DNA of 64,000 nucleotides from Tubulanus polymorphus (taxonomy: Eukaryota; Animalia; Nemertea): positions 8,358,275-8,422,274 of the forward strand of contig NC_134032.1 in assembly GCF_964204645.1 (NCBI RefSeq), written 5' to 3'. Within the stretch, counting starts at the first letter, position 1; each line of letters begins with the position of its first letter. The notes beneath the pieces were generated by a model. It had not been told where the DNA came from and made no database searches. It saw only the letters and a list, made by a program, of their open reading frames with translations. This document shows positions 1 to 14,515 of the stretch, piece after piece. The position numbers and the translations under genes were made by a program.

Positions 1-170
1 GGCTCCTGTTGGAATTCTCGGACCAATCAGCGAACGTTTTACTGAACAAGAAAGTATCGATGTATGACGTCATGTGCAAAAGCGCCGGTAACGAAATCAT
101 GCGTCGTGAGGCCAGGGGGCTGGTGGAAGCGAGTTCGGGGAGCAATACCGGGTCCCAGGCAAGCGAGGAG
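1..170. repeat. Interspersed repeat fragment; inverted homolog at ~46400-46545
   Basis: gaaatcatgcgtcgtgaggccagggggctggtggaagcgagttcgggg matches the reverse complement of ccccgaactcgtttccaccaccccctggcctcacgacgcgtgatttc at ~46431-46478, and the similarity extends over ~150 bp. Confidence 0.7.
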
Positions 171-3100
171 GGGGGTTAGGTGAATAGAACGTTGTGACGA
201 TATCTACCATGTCGAAAATTACCCGTTTCCAATAGATCTGGCTTCAATAAAATCCCTATTTAGTGCGATCGTACGAACAACACTAATGGAAACTATGAAT
301 AAAGTCTCCATTTTCAGCCGATAAAATCAAACAGAAATACGTAAGAAAAAATATGCTTCGGTTTCGATCCATTCACCTACTGCTCACCAGACCAGCTCGT
401 TACCTGCTGCGCTATTGGGTCTATTCAATCGTTATTCAATTCCGGACCGATGTTAGTCTGAATCCGTGATTTACGGTTGAGTTTGACGCTCCGGTAATTT
501 GTAGTCATTTCGGGATGTATTTTATCAATGGATGACGATTCTTTGCGTTATTCTTGTCGCTGTTTAGACCCGGTAATTACGCGGGATTAATTCATAATAC
601 ATTACTATTGTTGTGACATAGGCATTTTAATCAATTTAACTACGTATCACTTTCTGCTAATACGCTATCTCAAGCTCGTGGGACAATTCCTGCTGGTTAG
701 TAATTATAGAATAATTAAAAGCTTTATGTTCAAACCCGGAATTGGATAAGATAAATTTCTAGAATAAATGCACGGTACTCCCGGGGAAAAACGGAGAGGG
801 AGAGCAACATTGGCGGCATCTACCAGAGCAGAGGCAGCGTACCAAGCAGGGTAAGGGTGATATGATATTGTCAGTTGTCATTTGTTTAAGTTTCCTGCAA
901 TAGAACCCTTGCATCATCTTATCAACCTGAGATTAGTTGTTGGTTATGTTTGGTCTCTGGTTTCTATATCGCCGTGCAGGACAGGAGGGGAAGTGCATAC
1001 GTCACGAACAAGAACAGCGGCGCTCTCCCACAGCAATTTCGGGCTTCCCCCTCCAGGTCGCACGACACTATACACAAATTACGTCTATAAGCTATTAGTG
1101 GTCAAATCCGAGAGGAGTTTTTGGCTGGAAAGTGGAAAAGAAATAATGATAATAATCAAGAGAATTACAAGAGGGTTTCTGCGAGAGCAGCAGAAACCCT
1201 AATAATCACGAGAATAACATCTGTATCTGGCGAAAGGTAAACATTTTGATGAATGAATATTTTCTATACGTGGAACTGCAACTATTTAATAGGGAATTTG
1301 TACTCTTACTAAAAGAGTAGTCAAAGTCAATAGTAAACACAGAACTTAAAATGTCTATTGGTGTTCTGCACCACGGATGGAACGACACATCTTATTGGTA
1401 TTACTTCGAAAAACGTCACCGACGAAATTTAATCATGGATTTTTCTACATAGTTTAATAGTCAAAATGTATCTTATAATTTATCTGTAAAATACGATATT
1501 CATGTGATAGCCGGCATGAGTAGAGATATGTTGTTTGTCTTGCCTTAGGCAAGGCATTCAAATCCACATTTGTTACTGGACAGACGTAGAACCTTGTATC
1601 GCTGAAGTGCAGATCAGGAACTACAATCTCCACAGGGAGATTAAGATGAAAGTCTATGCTAGTTAAGGTCCGGGGTAATAATAATCTTCGTGGAGCGCCT
1701 ATGAACATGGTCGTCGTCGTCGTTGGAGTTATCATCATAGTCTGGATAGTTTATTGTTAATTTTGCAGTCTGTCACAGTTTGGATCACATCTTCTCAGAT
1801 CTCAGATCATTACTCGTGTTTATTATCTAATAAACACTTAGTCAGGGAGAGAGTTGTAATTAGTCAGATAGACCGTATAAGTCTTGAGGCTTGATCACAA
1901 CCGATCACAACCGATAAGGGCAAACCCTTAAAGAATCAATATTCACTGCGCATCGCATCGAAAGATAGTAAATGTAGTTACGTTCTCCTCAAAACAGGAT
2001 TGCTACCGATAGAAGGCGCAACTTTCTGTATAGTCTGTCTCTACAAATATTAGGACGGTATCAACTGGTCGACCAACACGAAAATGCAACTTTCTGGTGA
2101 TCGTGAATACCGACGAGAACGCAGCGGCTCACGTCTTCAAATTCGTTTCAAACAAGTAACAGCCTGATTGTTGATTTATTCACTAGCAGTTATATTGAAT
2201 GTAATTACCGTAAAGTCCGTTATCTTATTGGTTCAGATTCATAATCGGATATGTCTCAAACCACCCCAAGTATATCCCATTATGAACCATTAGCCCGAAC
2301 GATTGGGTTGCGAAGCACATAATTCGGCGTAACATATCAACAATCAATATCACTGCTACAGGATCACGATTTTTTGCAACCTATATTGAAGAAAATACAT
2401 GATATCGAAATATAATTTTGAAATGAAACATTTTCTCACTTAAATTGATCCCCCACCCCGAATGTAGGCGCGCTAAGGATCGTGTTGATGAGGATGGTAG
2501 TTGGCCCTCATTTGTGTCGATCACTCGGATCAACAAACATATTATTTATTTATATTAATTATGAATTCTTGTGAAATTGTGTATCTTTTCAGTTGTTACT
2601 CACCATCCGCAAATGATGCGGCACTGACCACAATCAATACAATTGTTAATACGCATGAGCATTAATGGCATGAGCAAGTAATTTCATCATCGTCTAGAAT
2701 TTAAATAAAATAGATTAGCAATTAGGAGTTTTGGGAAATTGTTAATTCCGGTTATTTAACAGTTTTTGAGAGGCTGTAAAGGAATAAGTATTTTTGCAGA
2801 TATTTACGAGGTTTGGAGTGATGCTGCTTTAGAATAAACAACTGATGATAGATATAACGCAAAGCACCGATAACGAGTTTTCTGCATTGTTGGTTTGAAT
2901 GCTGTGCTTTGACGCGCAAGTTCGTTAAGATCATAATATATGTAACGGTGGGGGTCAATGAAATAGTCGACCTGGCTTTATTCATCACTTGAGGGATCCG
3001 CTAAAAATGACGATTTGTCCAATTAACGAAAAAGGTGCATCTTGACTTCCTGATTCGTATCACCAGTCTTTGTTCATTAAGAGAACCTGCGTGTAATCAT

Positions 3101-4544
3101 GAGATGTGTCCAGTGAATATGCATGTGTCATTGTATATTGTTTCATCGACAATCAATGTTTGATGATGAATTATTAAAACTTGAATATTTCATCACTGGC
3201 TTACCTTTTTCGCTTCTTCCAGCTTATTCAATTTTCGAAATGAAAATATCTCGTTTTCCAGAACAGTCTACGAATTACTAAAACATATGGCAAGCGACAT
3301 TTCATATGCTTCAAGTTCGAAATGAAAATATTCCAATGATTTTACAGCTGAATATTGATTGACACTCATATCGATGTTTTCTGAAACTCGATCCATACGA
3401 TTGATTTCTGCTTTAAAACCCCCTTTTTCCAACATGCTATTCATAGTTTTAAAGCTGAAACTAGATTATGGATTCCCGATGTCAGAATATTAAACCTATT
3501 CAAATTAAAAGCTAACATGAAAATATAGCTGCATACCAGCGGTAACGGGTTAATCCCCTTAAAACCTCTAGGCTTGATATGTAAATCAAATATAGTAGCA
3601 CTAACCTACAGTTAAAAGAATATTTTTGACACTATTAGACTACGCATAACCAAATATCCTTCGAATGGTGAAGCTGTCTTAATTTGAGGTCTTAACTATA
3701 ACACCAATAATCGATCAATTATGGTCAATCAAATGAATCCTTGGCTTCAAACCTGAGACAAACTATATTCTAACGGGGCTCATTTTTCAATCAAGATGGT
3801 AGGTTATTCAGTTATGTTGATCAAGTAACAAACATCGTTAATGGCTATGGACAGCTATATTGTTTTCTATAGCCTCTGACAGCAATAACAGTTCGGAACA
3901 AGGCTCAAATTCTGACTTCTTTTCCGAAGTGGTTTGAATTGAACCCGTGCCCAATCCATTTTCCATAGTGCCACTTTTGAATAGATAGAGTGTAGAATGA
4001 ATATTAATTCGCCTGTTCATTATTTTGTCTGTTATGTACTGCGCTGCCAACCACGATGATAATTCGATAAGAGAATTCAGTGACCAGACCTTTAAGTGTG
4101 ACAGGTGACTGGTATACATCTATTAGCTCATCGATTCACGATGATAATTTATCCAGTGGAATTTGCTCTCTAACCAGACCCACATGTATTTGCTCATCGA
4201 TTCACGATGATTATTTAACGAGTAGAAATTTCAGTAACCGCATCCTTAAGTGCAACAGGTGACTGGTATACATGTATTTGCTCATCGACTCTCGATGGAT
4301 ATTTAACAAGCAAAAATTTCAGTAACCAGATCGTTAGGTGCTGCAGGTGACTAAATAGTTTTCTGCTGTAATCTATTCAACGACGAACAATAAACTACGT
4401 CTTCAATAGACCATACTCTAGACCATGCCATTTGGTATGGTAATGTACTAGTACTATTCCTTCATTCTTAGTAGAAATCTTAAGCTCAATAAAATAATTC
4501 ATAACCATTTCTTTGAACTAAGGTTATGCAAAATTTTGATTCCA

Positions 4545-4825
4545 AGCTTATATGAAGTTTGCTGTAACATGCCGTCTTTGGTTTACTCGTAATTGTCGCC
4601 GTGGTTACGAAGTGCAACTATGGTGACTTCTATCACGTTCACAAACTTTCGCAATTCTGTCGTATCGTAAGACTAAATCGGTTTTGATCCTCGAATCGCC
4701 TCCAGGTGTTTTGTAATCATTCGATGGTTTCCTCCATATTCCCGTTCTAATCAACCAATTGTAGTCCGGTAGGTGGGTTCACTGAATCTCCGAACTATAT
4801 CTTTGGTTTCTCCTTCCAGACAGCA
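4545..4825 (-). mobile_element. Degraded BEL/Pao gag fragment (duplicated at ~7343-7623)
   Basis: Manual translation CLEGETKDIV...*LEREYGGNHRMITKHLEAIRG..D.TELRKFVNVIEV..L.NHG resembles Pao gag (DUF1759), with in-frame stops. Confidence 0.6.
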
Positions 4826-5547
4826 GATGGTCCAAATCCCTCATCATATCATAATGTCGTTTGGTGGGGATTGAAACACGCGATATCTGTACTCGATTCA
4901 TTTTGGCCGGTGCTGGCTCTGCACGTAAATAATCAATCGCAATTGCTGGATTTCTTAGTCACAGGAGTTTTGTTCCAGTCCCCGAAACTTGGGAATAGTC
5001 TCTTTCTATTTCTTTGAACCATTGTTCTAATTCGTGGACTTAGTATCTTAAAGCTCCGTCGTTAGTTCTGACATTTCCATAAACGTTCCATATTCTACAT
5101 CTACGTCTAGCAATCGATTTTTTGATCTGTTGAGGTTCAGTCTTATGGGCCTCGTTAAGTAGTACTTTTTCTAAGTATTACCACCGTTTATTAACTTTTA
5201 GTAATTAATCGCCAATCTGGTTTTTTAATCCGACTCGATGGGCCAATTAATAATGTTCCGACAAATCCGAATAGAACTATATAAAACTGAATTTTTTCTT
5301 GATGAAATCAGACTTTCATTCTTCCACCAATCAAGTACTTTTTTCACCGAATCAAGTACTTTGATATCTACAAATATTCGGTGGGCCAAAAAATTATCCA
5401 CTAGGTATTATGTGTCCCATGTTCACTTCCCAAGATTTCTGTCACTGCCAACTTGGCCATTCACAATGAACAAATTACATTATTGACAAAGTTCAAGAAT
5501 TCAAAAGACTGATCGCCAAATATTGTCTATTATTGGAATAAATTTGC

Positions 5548-5693
5548 ATAGTTTGATCACTACAAAATATTTCAGTATGGGGAATGATGCATAGTTCAGT
5601 ATATATTTCAGTATGGGGAATGATGCATAGTTCAGTATATATGATAAACTATGCTAAGTTCCCCACACTGAAATATTTAAAGTGATCAAACTA
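5548..5693. repeat. Palindromic MITE-like hairpin with internal ~36-bp duplication (copy at ~8346-8491)
   Basis: atagtttgatcact..aaatatttcagt.tggggaa is inverted against ttcccca.actgaaatattt..agtgatcaaactat. Confidence 0.65.
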
Positions 5694-8600
5694 TTTTGAA
5701 AACCTGTTAAGTTTTAGAATTATCACAATAATTTCAATATGCAAAATGCCGAATTGCTTATATAGTCAACTCAAATTCTAACCGATGAAAATGATAGCTG
5801 GCTTCATCACTCGCATTTGTGATGTTATGAATGTGGCCAGTGCCATTTCATTTGCAGATGATGAGTCATATTTCTTATATTGACCCGTGTTGAACTTACG
5901 ACATCATAGCATTGAATATCTTAATTGTGAGGTTCCGGGCGGATCATACAGCAGGTGTGTGTTATTTTACTTAACAAGATGTCAGCACAATTGAAAAGGT
6001 GTATATCCATGGTTTCTAGCTCGATTGCTGATAATCATGACATATCGTTTAACGGATTTGTTTTGTAAAATGTGTTTAAAATCGAGTGTATAGTAACGTA
6101 TCAAGATATCTGACGAAAATGCGATTTATTGTGATATAAGATATTAACACTACTGGACAAGGTTTCGAATTGAATGATTATCTTTCAAAGTAGTAATCCT
6201 ATATTCACTCCAAGACGGAGCCTCATCCCTTTGCCACATACTTATAACTAGCAGGTAGGTAGGCCTAAGTGAACGCCACTCTTCTTTACTGGGCATGGCA
6301 CATTTTTTTGTCAGGATCAACATAAAAATGAATTCTTATGATATTTTCATATTTCAGAATGTCTAGTTGGGGTCAGTGTCATAATACCTGGTCATATCAT
6401 TTATAGCAAAATGAGAACGCGACCAGTCACTCATTGTAGATTACAAAACTAATGAACGAATGATATTGAATTTATTACCTAAGATTTCAAGTTGCATTGC
6501 ACTTCGCATAGCCTATCTTCTCTTAGAATTATGCTCTACGGCCGAAAATGGCAAACTATGATCACAGCATCTAGAACAACCTAGATTGACACAGAAGATT
6601 GTTGATAAATTAGTTAGGTAGAACAGAATACGGCTCTAGTTCTGGAGTTATTTTAGTGCTTGTCCGCTTTCCGTACTTTATTTAATTCTAACTTTCCGAT
6701 TGGATTTATCATTTTATCTTATTTACTTAATTCATATTTCATACAATAAGAATTTCATGAAATACGACTGCATTGTGTTCTGAGTAACATCTGAGGATTG
6801 ATTTTCACTTAACGATCAACAGTAAGTCCCCAATGAAGAATGAATAGCCGACTTCATTGATGTATGTGGAAATTTCATTCATGCTAAATGAAAGCGTATT
6901 TGTGCGCATAGCCACGCCTTGCAGTGCCTCTGCACTTCCCGCTGAACGCAGAAAGTTGTTTCTCGTGGAATCATGAATTTTACTCGGATGCTCATCGATT
7001 CACGATGATTATTTAACGAGTAGAAATTTCAGTAACCGCATCCTTAAGTGCAACAGGTGACTGGTATACATGTATTTGCTCATCGACTCTCGATAGATAT
7101 TTAACAAGCAAAAATTTCAGTAACCAGATCGTTAGGTGCTGCAGGTGACTAAATAGTTTTCTGCTGTAATCTATTCAACGACGAACAATAAACTACGTCT
7201 TCAATAGACCATACTCTAGACCATGCCATTTGGTATGGTAATGTACTAGTACTATTCCTTCATTCTTAGTAGAAATCTTAAGCTCAATAAAATAATTCAT
7301 AACCATTTCTTTGAACTAAGGTTATGCAAAATTTTGATTCCAAGCTTATATGAAGTTTGCTGTAACATGCCGTCTTTGGTTTACTCGTAATTGTCGCCGT
7401 GGTTACGAAGTGCAACTATGGTGACTTCTATCACGTTCACAAACTTTCGCAATTCTGTCGTATCGTAAGACTAAATCGGTTTTGATCCTCGAATCGCCTC
7501 CAGGTGTTTTGTAATCATTCGATGGTTTCCTCCATATTCCCGTTCTAATCAACCAATTGTAGTCCGGTAGGTGGGTTCACTGAATCTCCGAACTATATCT
7601 TTGGTTTCTCCTTCCAGACAGCAGATGGTCCAAATCCCTCATCATATCATAATGTCGTTTGGTGGGGATTGAAACACGCGATATCTGTACTCGATTCATT
7701 TTGGCTGGTGCTGGCTCTGCACGTAAATAATCAATCGCAATTGCTGGATTTCTTAGTCACAGGAGTTTTGTTCCAGTCCCCGAAACTTGGGAATAGTCTC
7801 TTTCTATTTCTTTGAACCATTGTTCTAATTCGTGGACTTAGTATCTTAAAGCTCCGTCGTTAGTTCTGACATTTCCATAAACGTTCCATATTCTACATCT
7901 ACGTCTAGCAATCGATTTTTTGATCTGTTGAGGTTCAGTCTTATGGGCCTCGTTAAGTAGTACTTTTTCTAAGTATTACCACCGTTTATTAACTTTTAGT
8001 AATTAATCGCCAATCTGGTTTTTTAATCCGACTCGATGGGCCAATTAATAATGTTCCGACAAATCCGAATAGAACTATATAAAACTGAATTTTTTCTTGA
8101 TGAAATCAGACTTTCATTCTTCCACCAATCAAGTACTTTTTTCACCGAATCAAGTACTTTGATATCTACAAATATTCGGTGGGCCAAAAAATTATCCACT
8201 AGGTATTATGTGTCCCATGTTCACTTCCCAAGATTTCTGTCACTGCCAACTTGGCCATTCACAATGAACAAATTACATTATTGACAAAGTTCAAGAATTC
8301 AAAAGACTGATCGCCAAATATTGTCTATTATTGGAATAAATTTGCATAGTTTGATCACTACAAAATATTTCAGTATGGGGAATGATGCATAGTTCAGTAT
8401 ATATTTCAGTATGGGGAATGATGCATAGTTCAGTATATATGATAAACTATGCTAAGTTCCCCACACTGAAATATTTAAAGTGATCAAACTATTTTGAAAA
8501 CCTGTTAAGTTTTAGAATTTTCACAATAATTTCAATATGCAAAATGCCGAATTGCTTATATAGTCAACTCAAATTCTAACCGATGAAAATGATAGCTGGC

Positions 8601-9770
8601 TTCATCACTCGCATTTGTGATGTTATGAATGTGGCCAGTGCCATTTCATTTGCAGATGATGAGTCATATTTCTTATATTGACCCGTGTTGAACTTACGAC
8701 ATCATAGCATTGAATATCTTAATTGTGAGGTTCCGGGCGGATCATACAGCAGGTGTGTGTTATTTTACTTAACAAGATGTCAGCACAATTGAAAAGGTGT
8801 ATATCCATGGTTTCTAGCTCGATTGCTGATAATCATGACATATCGTTTAACGGATTTGTTTTTTAAAATGTGTTTAAAATCGAGTGTATAGTAACGTATC
8901 AAGATATCTGACGAAAATGCGATTTATTGTGATATAAGATATTAACACTACTGGACAAGGTTTCGAATTGAATGATTATCTTTCAAAGTAGTAATCCTAT
9001 ATTTACTCCAAGACGGAGCCTCATCCCTTTGCCACATACTTATAACTAGCAGGTAGGTAGGCCTAAGTGAACGCCACTCTTCTTTACTGGGCATGGCACA
9101 TTTTTTTGTCAGGATCAACATAAAAATGAATTCTTATGATATTTTCATATTTCAGAATGTCTAGTTGGGGTCAGTGTCATAATACCTGGTCATACCATTT
9201 ATAGCAAAATGAGAACGCGACCAGTCACTCATTGTAGATTACAAAACTAATGAACGAATGATATTGAATTTATTACCTAAGATTTCAAGTTGCATTGCAC
9301 TTCGCATAGCCTATCTTCTCTTAGAATTATGCTCTACAGCCGAAAATGGCAAACTATGATCACAGCATCTAGAACAACCTAGATTGACACAGAAGATTGT
9401 TGATAAATTAGTTAGGTAGAACAGAATACGGCTCTAGTTCTGGAGTTATTTTAGTGCTTGTCCGCTTTCCGTACTTTAATTAATTCTAACTTTCCGATTG
9501 GATTTATCATTTTATCTTATTTACTTAATTCATATTTCATACAATAAGAATTTCATGAAATCCGACTGCATTGTGTTCTGAGTAACATCTGAGGATTGAT
9601 TTTCACTTAACGATCAACAGTAAGTCCCCAATGAAGAATGAATAGCCGACTTCATTGATGTATGTGGAAATTTCATTCATGCTAAATGAAAGCGTATTTG
9701 TGCGCATAGCCACGCCTTGCAGTGCCTCTGCACTTCCCGCTGAACGCAGAAAGTTGTTTCTCGTGGAATC

Positions 9771-10718
9771 ATGAATTTTACTCGGATGCAAATCGTTAGA
9801 CCTTATATTGCTAACATTCTTCCACTATCTGTGGAGAACAGGTCTGGGACCTCCCGTACTGTGTTATTGCTCATTCTGCCTGCGTTGTTCCTGTTAGGAG
9901 CCTTCGGAAATTCAGCTACTTTCTTGATTATGATAAGTCACAGATTCCGCAGTTTATCTTACGCTAGCTATCTCATCGCTTTGTCTATAAGTGATTTTGT
10001 GTTTAGCATCAGTTTTACATTTATACCTGTCTTACAGTTTGTTCTCTTACGTCTAAACATCGGTCCAATATATATTATAGATTCACTGATCAGTTGTCAA
10101 ATATATGATTCTCTAATGGATTGTATGAGTGCTAGCAGCGCCTGGTTAATAGTAGCTATATCTCTAGAACGTGCGGCAGTTGTGCTCTTTCCGTTCACGG
10201 CCCGTTTGGTATGTACACCTAGATTCGCCCGATGCGCCATTGTCGTCATTTTCGTTATAAACGCACTTGTAATAGGCATTCACCAAGCAGTAGTAAAGAG
10301 GTTTTCTGATAGTTTTGGATGTTACTTTATGTTATCTGACCAATTAGCACTTTTCGCCATATATGCCGGCCACGTTTATCTTCTGCCTTTAACACTAATT
10401 ATAACATCAAATTCTGTAATAATAGTCAAGTTATCCAGAGGTTCAGAAATTGTTTCTTCCGATAACAGAACTGCAAATTCTAAACGTACAACAATTATGC
10501 TTGTAACGGTTTCACTCGCATTTGCAATATTTACGCTTCCAACTACTATTATTTCTTTCCTGCCGATGTCCGCGGGACAGAGAGAATTACTATTTGATAT
10601 ATTGAGTCAAATTTTGGCGTGTAATTATGTGGTGAATTTTTACATGTATATTTTATTGGGTCGAGAAATTCGTGAATTTTTTTGTATGAAAATTTGCTGT
10701 AAAATTTCAGTGAAATAA
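9771..10718 (+). CDS. Intronless class A (rhodopsin-like) GPCR, FMRFamide-receptor-like / putative chemosensory type, 315 aa
   Basis: Seven hydrophobic segments. Motifs: TM1 GN, TM2 YLIALSISD, TM3 ISLERA, TM5 LLP..IITSN, TM6 FAIFTLP, TM7 NYVVNFYMY, C-terminal Cys cluster. Confidence 0.93.
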   Translation: MNFTRMQIVRPYIANILPLSVENRSGTSRTVLLLILPALFLLGAFGNSATFLIMISHRFRSLSYASYLIALSISDFVFSISFTFIPVLQFVLLRLNIGPIYIIDSLISCQIYDSLMDCMSASSAWLIVAISLERAAVVLFPFTARLVCTPRFARCAIVVIFVINALVIGIHQAVVKRFSDSFGCYFMLSDQLALFAIYAGHVYLLPLTLIITSNSVIIVKLSRGSEIVSSDNRTANSKRTTIMLVTVSLAFAIFTLPTTIISFLPMSAGQRELLFDILSQILACNYVVNFYMYILLGREIREFFCMKICCKISVK

Positions 10719-13320
10719 CCATTGATTTCAAGTTTTTGACTTACCCAAAAAACTTATTTCTTATTATGGAACTCTTAATCTTACCTGCGCATGTTGTTGT
10801 TGTTATTGACGTTGAGAGACGCGATAGTAATAGGGTATATGTTGTTTCAGAGGTCGAGAGGTCGAGCTCATAAAAATAAAAATGAATTCTCACACGCTCG
10901 AATTTATTTTTATTTTCACTCACTCGCCCCCTCAACCTCTGGTATAAAACAAAATATTCCCTATTACTCTAATAATCTCATATATATGAACATTATATAA
11001 ATGAATATCATATATATGAAAATCAATTATATAGATTTCGAATAAAAAAATATGTAAAATAAATGGTAGAATTAAAAGAATATAAAAAGTAACGAGTAAT
11101 TAACGAGTTAAAGAAAATATAAATTTTAATAAAGAAATTACTAATAAAAGAATGAACGGATACTATATTTCAAAGATATTGATTTACATGAATTAGAAAA
11201 ATATTTTACAATAAAACATTTTATTCCTATTCAAGATTTGGTTAAAACTGCACGTTTTCGTTTTCAAGTGAATAATATTACTGAATTAACGTTTAAAAAT
11301 TATTATCTAATGATAGAGTTATCGAATGAAAAAGATTAAATCTTAGAAAGTAGATCAACATTTAATAATTACAGATGACATACAATCACTTTTTAATAAT
11401 GAAAATTCACATAAATCATTATTTATACACCTACGTTATTGCCCTTTCAGAGAATGTTATGTGTTATTTTTCAGAGTACAAGAAAAAAAGTATATCCATG
11501 ACATTCCAAATGAAAAATCATTCAAAGATGTGGGAATTCAATGTAACTAGACAATAAAATTGTTACACCTAAAAAGAAATATGAACCTAATGAAAAAGCG
11601 TTATGTAATTGTGGAAAATATTTTACTCGAAGGAATGAATCACATCATCTTAAAATATCAAAATATCATAACTCAAATAAAATAACTTCAACTCTAAAAA
11701 ATATATTTCATCTCAAATATAAAACTAAAATATTCAAAATAAGATATTTCAAATTACTTATTAATTAGGGTTTTCTGTTGCTTCACAGAAAACCCTATTG
11801 AAATTCGCGTGATTATTAGGGTTTTCTGTTACATCACAGAAAACCCTATTGAGATTCGCGTGTTTCTTATTATTATTATTAGGGTTTTCTGTTACATCAC
11901 AGAAAACCCTATTGAGATTCGCATGTTTCTTATTATTATTATTATCATTATTATTATTATTATTTTTTTTTTTTCCACACATTTTTTGTCAAAAGTACAT
12001 AGGCTTTTTTACATTACCGCTGTTGCCGATACAATCCGTCTGATATCATTCAGCTCAGTTCGATCTACAAATACTCCGTGCGAATTTTGAAGAATCAACG
12101 TTACAAAAGCACTGTCGTTCTGTGAACATCGAAAATTGAGCCCCATTCAAAGAGCTGACATGTTTTTCTAAGTCGTCTTTCCGAAATCTACCGCACGTTT
12201 CTTGTCACATCGATTATCAATTCAAGCATAAATTAACAAATTTATTACCGAAAGATTGCACATTCTGTCGCGGTTTTTAAAAACTAATTTTTACAATAAC
12301 CCATTTTCCTCATCAAATTATATTACTGATACACAGGAAATTTACTACTTTAGATTTTAAAAGCACTGTCGAGCCGTAAACATCGACAAATCGACGTGTG
12401 TCACTACATCGTCGTTCCGGGGCTGAGAATCAAATCGAGTACAAATTAATTCATTACTACCAGTGATTTGGTTGCGGGCCTCAAGCAGTTAATTTAGCAA
12501 TACCTATTTTTCTTTACCAAATTAACCGTGTATTTACTAAGATAAATCGTACGTAAGTGTACCGGGGAGTCGTAGGCCTAAAGTAAACACGCCGAAGAGA
12601 AATAGCGGAGAAAAGCTGTTATGTCGACGAGGTATCAAAATAAAAGAATATATTACTTTATTCGGCCGCGGGCTTCAACCTCTATATCAATACCATCAAT
12701 ACTCTATATTTCCTACAGTACATACCGATCATTGTCAATGCACAAGGTATTTACTAAATAAAAGTATATAACACACTCCTTGCCGTATGCTGGACTCACA
12801 CTTGACATTCGGAGTAAGCGTTCGCTGTGGGGGAAAGGAGATCGTTCGCTGTGTCGCTTGAAGTGTTTATCGAGTTTTACGCGGCTTAAGGCCTACCGGT
12901 ACTGAGCTTTACTGTCTCAAACAAACACGGTATAATTGTAGCGTTTATTAACGGACTCATTGGATTGAACTTCAAAACTAAATTTACGATATTTAGGTGG
13001 GTTGTTATTCAATAGGCCTACGACCAATCTGTCCGGATGTTAGGCCTACGCATATACATAGGCCTACATAGGCTAGTAGCCTCTACTAGGTTAGAGCTAA
13101 GTTCACTGTAAAGGAGGAATCAGATTTATTAAAATGCATGTTAATTAGTGATTAACTGGTTGTGACTTGCAACGATCAATCACAATTATCAATTTTATTG
13201 CCAAAAATGATGATTTTTTTTGAAAATTTCGTCTGAGCAGACAGCTTTATAAGCCAGACTTTTCATTTGAGTTTTTTCATCATAAATGAAACTGGTATTT
13301 CATTAATTCCTAATGACTTA

Positions 13321-13648
13321 AGCAGGGCGTAGGTCGGCCTTGCGACGGCTTGTGACTCACTGCGACGCCAATCACTGCGACCGCCAGCGACAATTGACAA
13401 TTAACGACTCATCGACCTACGCTCCCTTGCGACGGGTTGCGACTTTCAGCAACGCCAGTCACAAGGAGTCGCACGTATTCAACTTTCTGCGACGCGACAC
13501 GACTGTCACAACCAACCGACGCGGTCTTGCGACTGGCAGAAACTAGTCGCACACAGTCGCTGACAATCGTATCGCAACCGACTTGCACCGAAACTTGCGA
13601 TGCATCGCGAGGATCGCATCGCGTCACAAGGCCGACCTACGTCCAGCG
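13321..13648. mobile_element. MITE with ~22-bp TIRs and internal TGCGAC repeats
   Basis: gcagggcgtaggtcggccttg ... caaggccgacctacgtccagc. Confidence 0.65.
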
Positions 13649-13679
13649 ATAAGTTACTGCGGAGCCCAAGAAATATCTT

Positions 13680-14220
13680 TTTTTTCGTTCAAAAGACCTT
13701 TTTCGCTTGAAAATTCTTTCGTCGGAACAAAATTTATTTCGTTCCAACCATTAATATTCTTTTCAATTGAACCAATTTGAAAAAATCGTTAGAACAAAGT
13801 TGAACAAACTTTTTTTTGTCCAAACGAAATGTTTTTCGTTCGAACAATCGTTCGATCGAACAGAATCGTTTTAATTTGAACAAAATTTTCTTGTTAGAAC
13901 ATTAAGTTTTTTATTCAAACAAGCATATTGTAAAAAGTTTTTTCTCCGAACCAAAAGTATTAAATATTTCGTTCAATCAAACAGAATTGTTTTCATTCAA
14001 ACATTCGTTCGAAAAAATTGTTTTCGCTCAACCAAATATTTTTGACGGGACAAAATGTTTTTCATTTCAACAATAACATAGCTTTTCATTCGATCACATG
14101 TTTTTGTCAGAATGAAGTAAGTTTTGATTCAAACAAAAAGCGTATTGTTCGATCAAACTGAATTGTTTTCACTTGAACAAGATTTTCTTGTCGGAACATT
14201 AAGTTTTTTGGTCGAACAGC
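13680..14220. repeat. Degenerate tandem array (ttttcgttcgaacaa-like units)
   Basis: Many imperfect copies of tttcgttcgaac/tcgatcaaac. Confidence 0.6.
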
Positions 14221-14259
14221 GTGTTAAGTCCGTTTTTTGGAAATTTACTCGGTCTGGTA

Positions 14260-14515
14260 TATTCTCGATTACTGTGTATGTCATTTGTCAGGACATTAAA
14301 CAGAAGACGACTTAGGATACTACCTTGCGTGACTCCACTAGTTAGACTGACTTGTTCCAAGATGAGGCGTTCCGTTGATTTCGGCTACAAGTTTTCGTTC
14401 AGAGATAACTGCTGAGCCATTTGGGCGACCTATCATTGATACTGTTTCCTAATAGCCTGTTTAGTAATGGCTGATGTTGTGCCTTATCAAATGCTTTGTC
14501 GAAATCCACCGTTGA
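14260..14515 (-). mobile_element. Degraded LINE reverse transcriptase fragment
   Basis: Manual translation gives VDFDKAFDK and SGVTQGSILSRLLFNVLTND, both RT motifs. Confidence 0.7.

Larger units (their letters stand above)
4191..9789 (+). repeat. Tandem duplication, 2798-bp unit (4191-6988 / 6989-9786), covering the GPCR upstream region and first six codons
   Basis: Identical ORFs at 5238 and 8036 (offset 2798). The junction ...tactcggaTGCtcatcgatt at 6989-6991 has a TGC microhomology. About nine substitutions were seen by eye between the copies. Confidence 0.95.

Noticed and set aside
3270-3552. Possible piggyBac-like end (...GGGTTAA)
   Set aside because: No matching opposite terminus was found.
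5238-8284. Identical 82-aa ORFs at 5238 and 8036
   Set aside because: They result from the tandem duplication and show no recognisable protein features.
11761-12090. Poly-Asn / poly-Ile / poly-Leu ORFs
   Set aside because: These are translations of the (TTA)n microsatellite and the repeated element heads.
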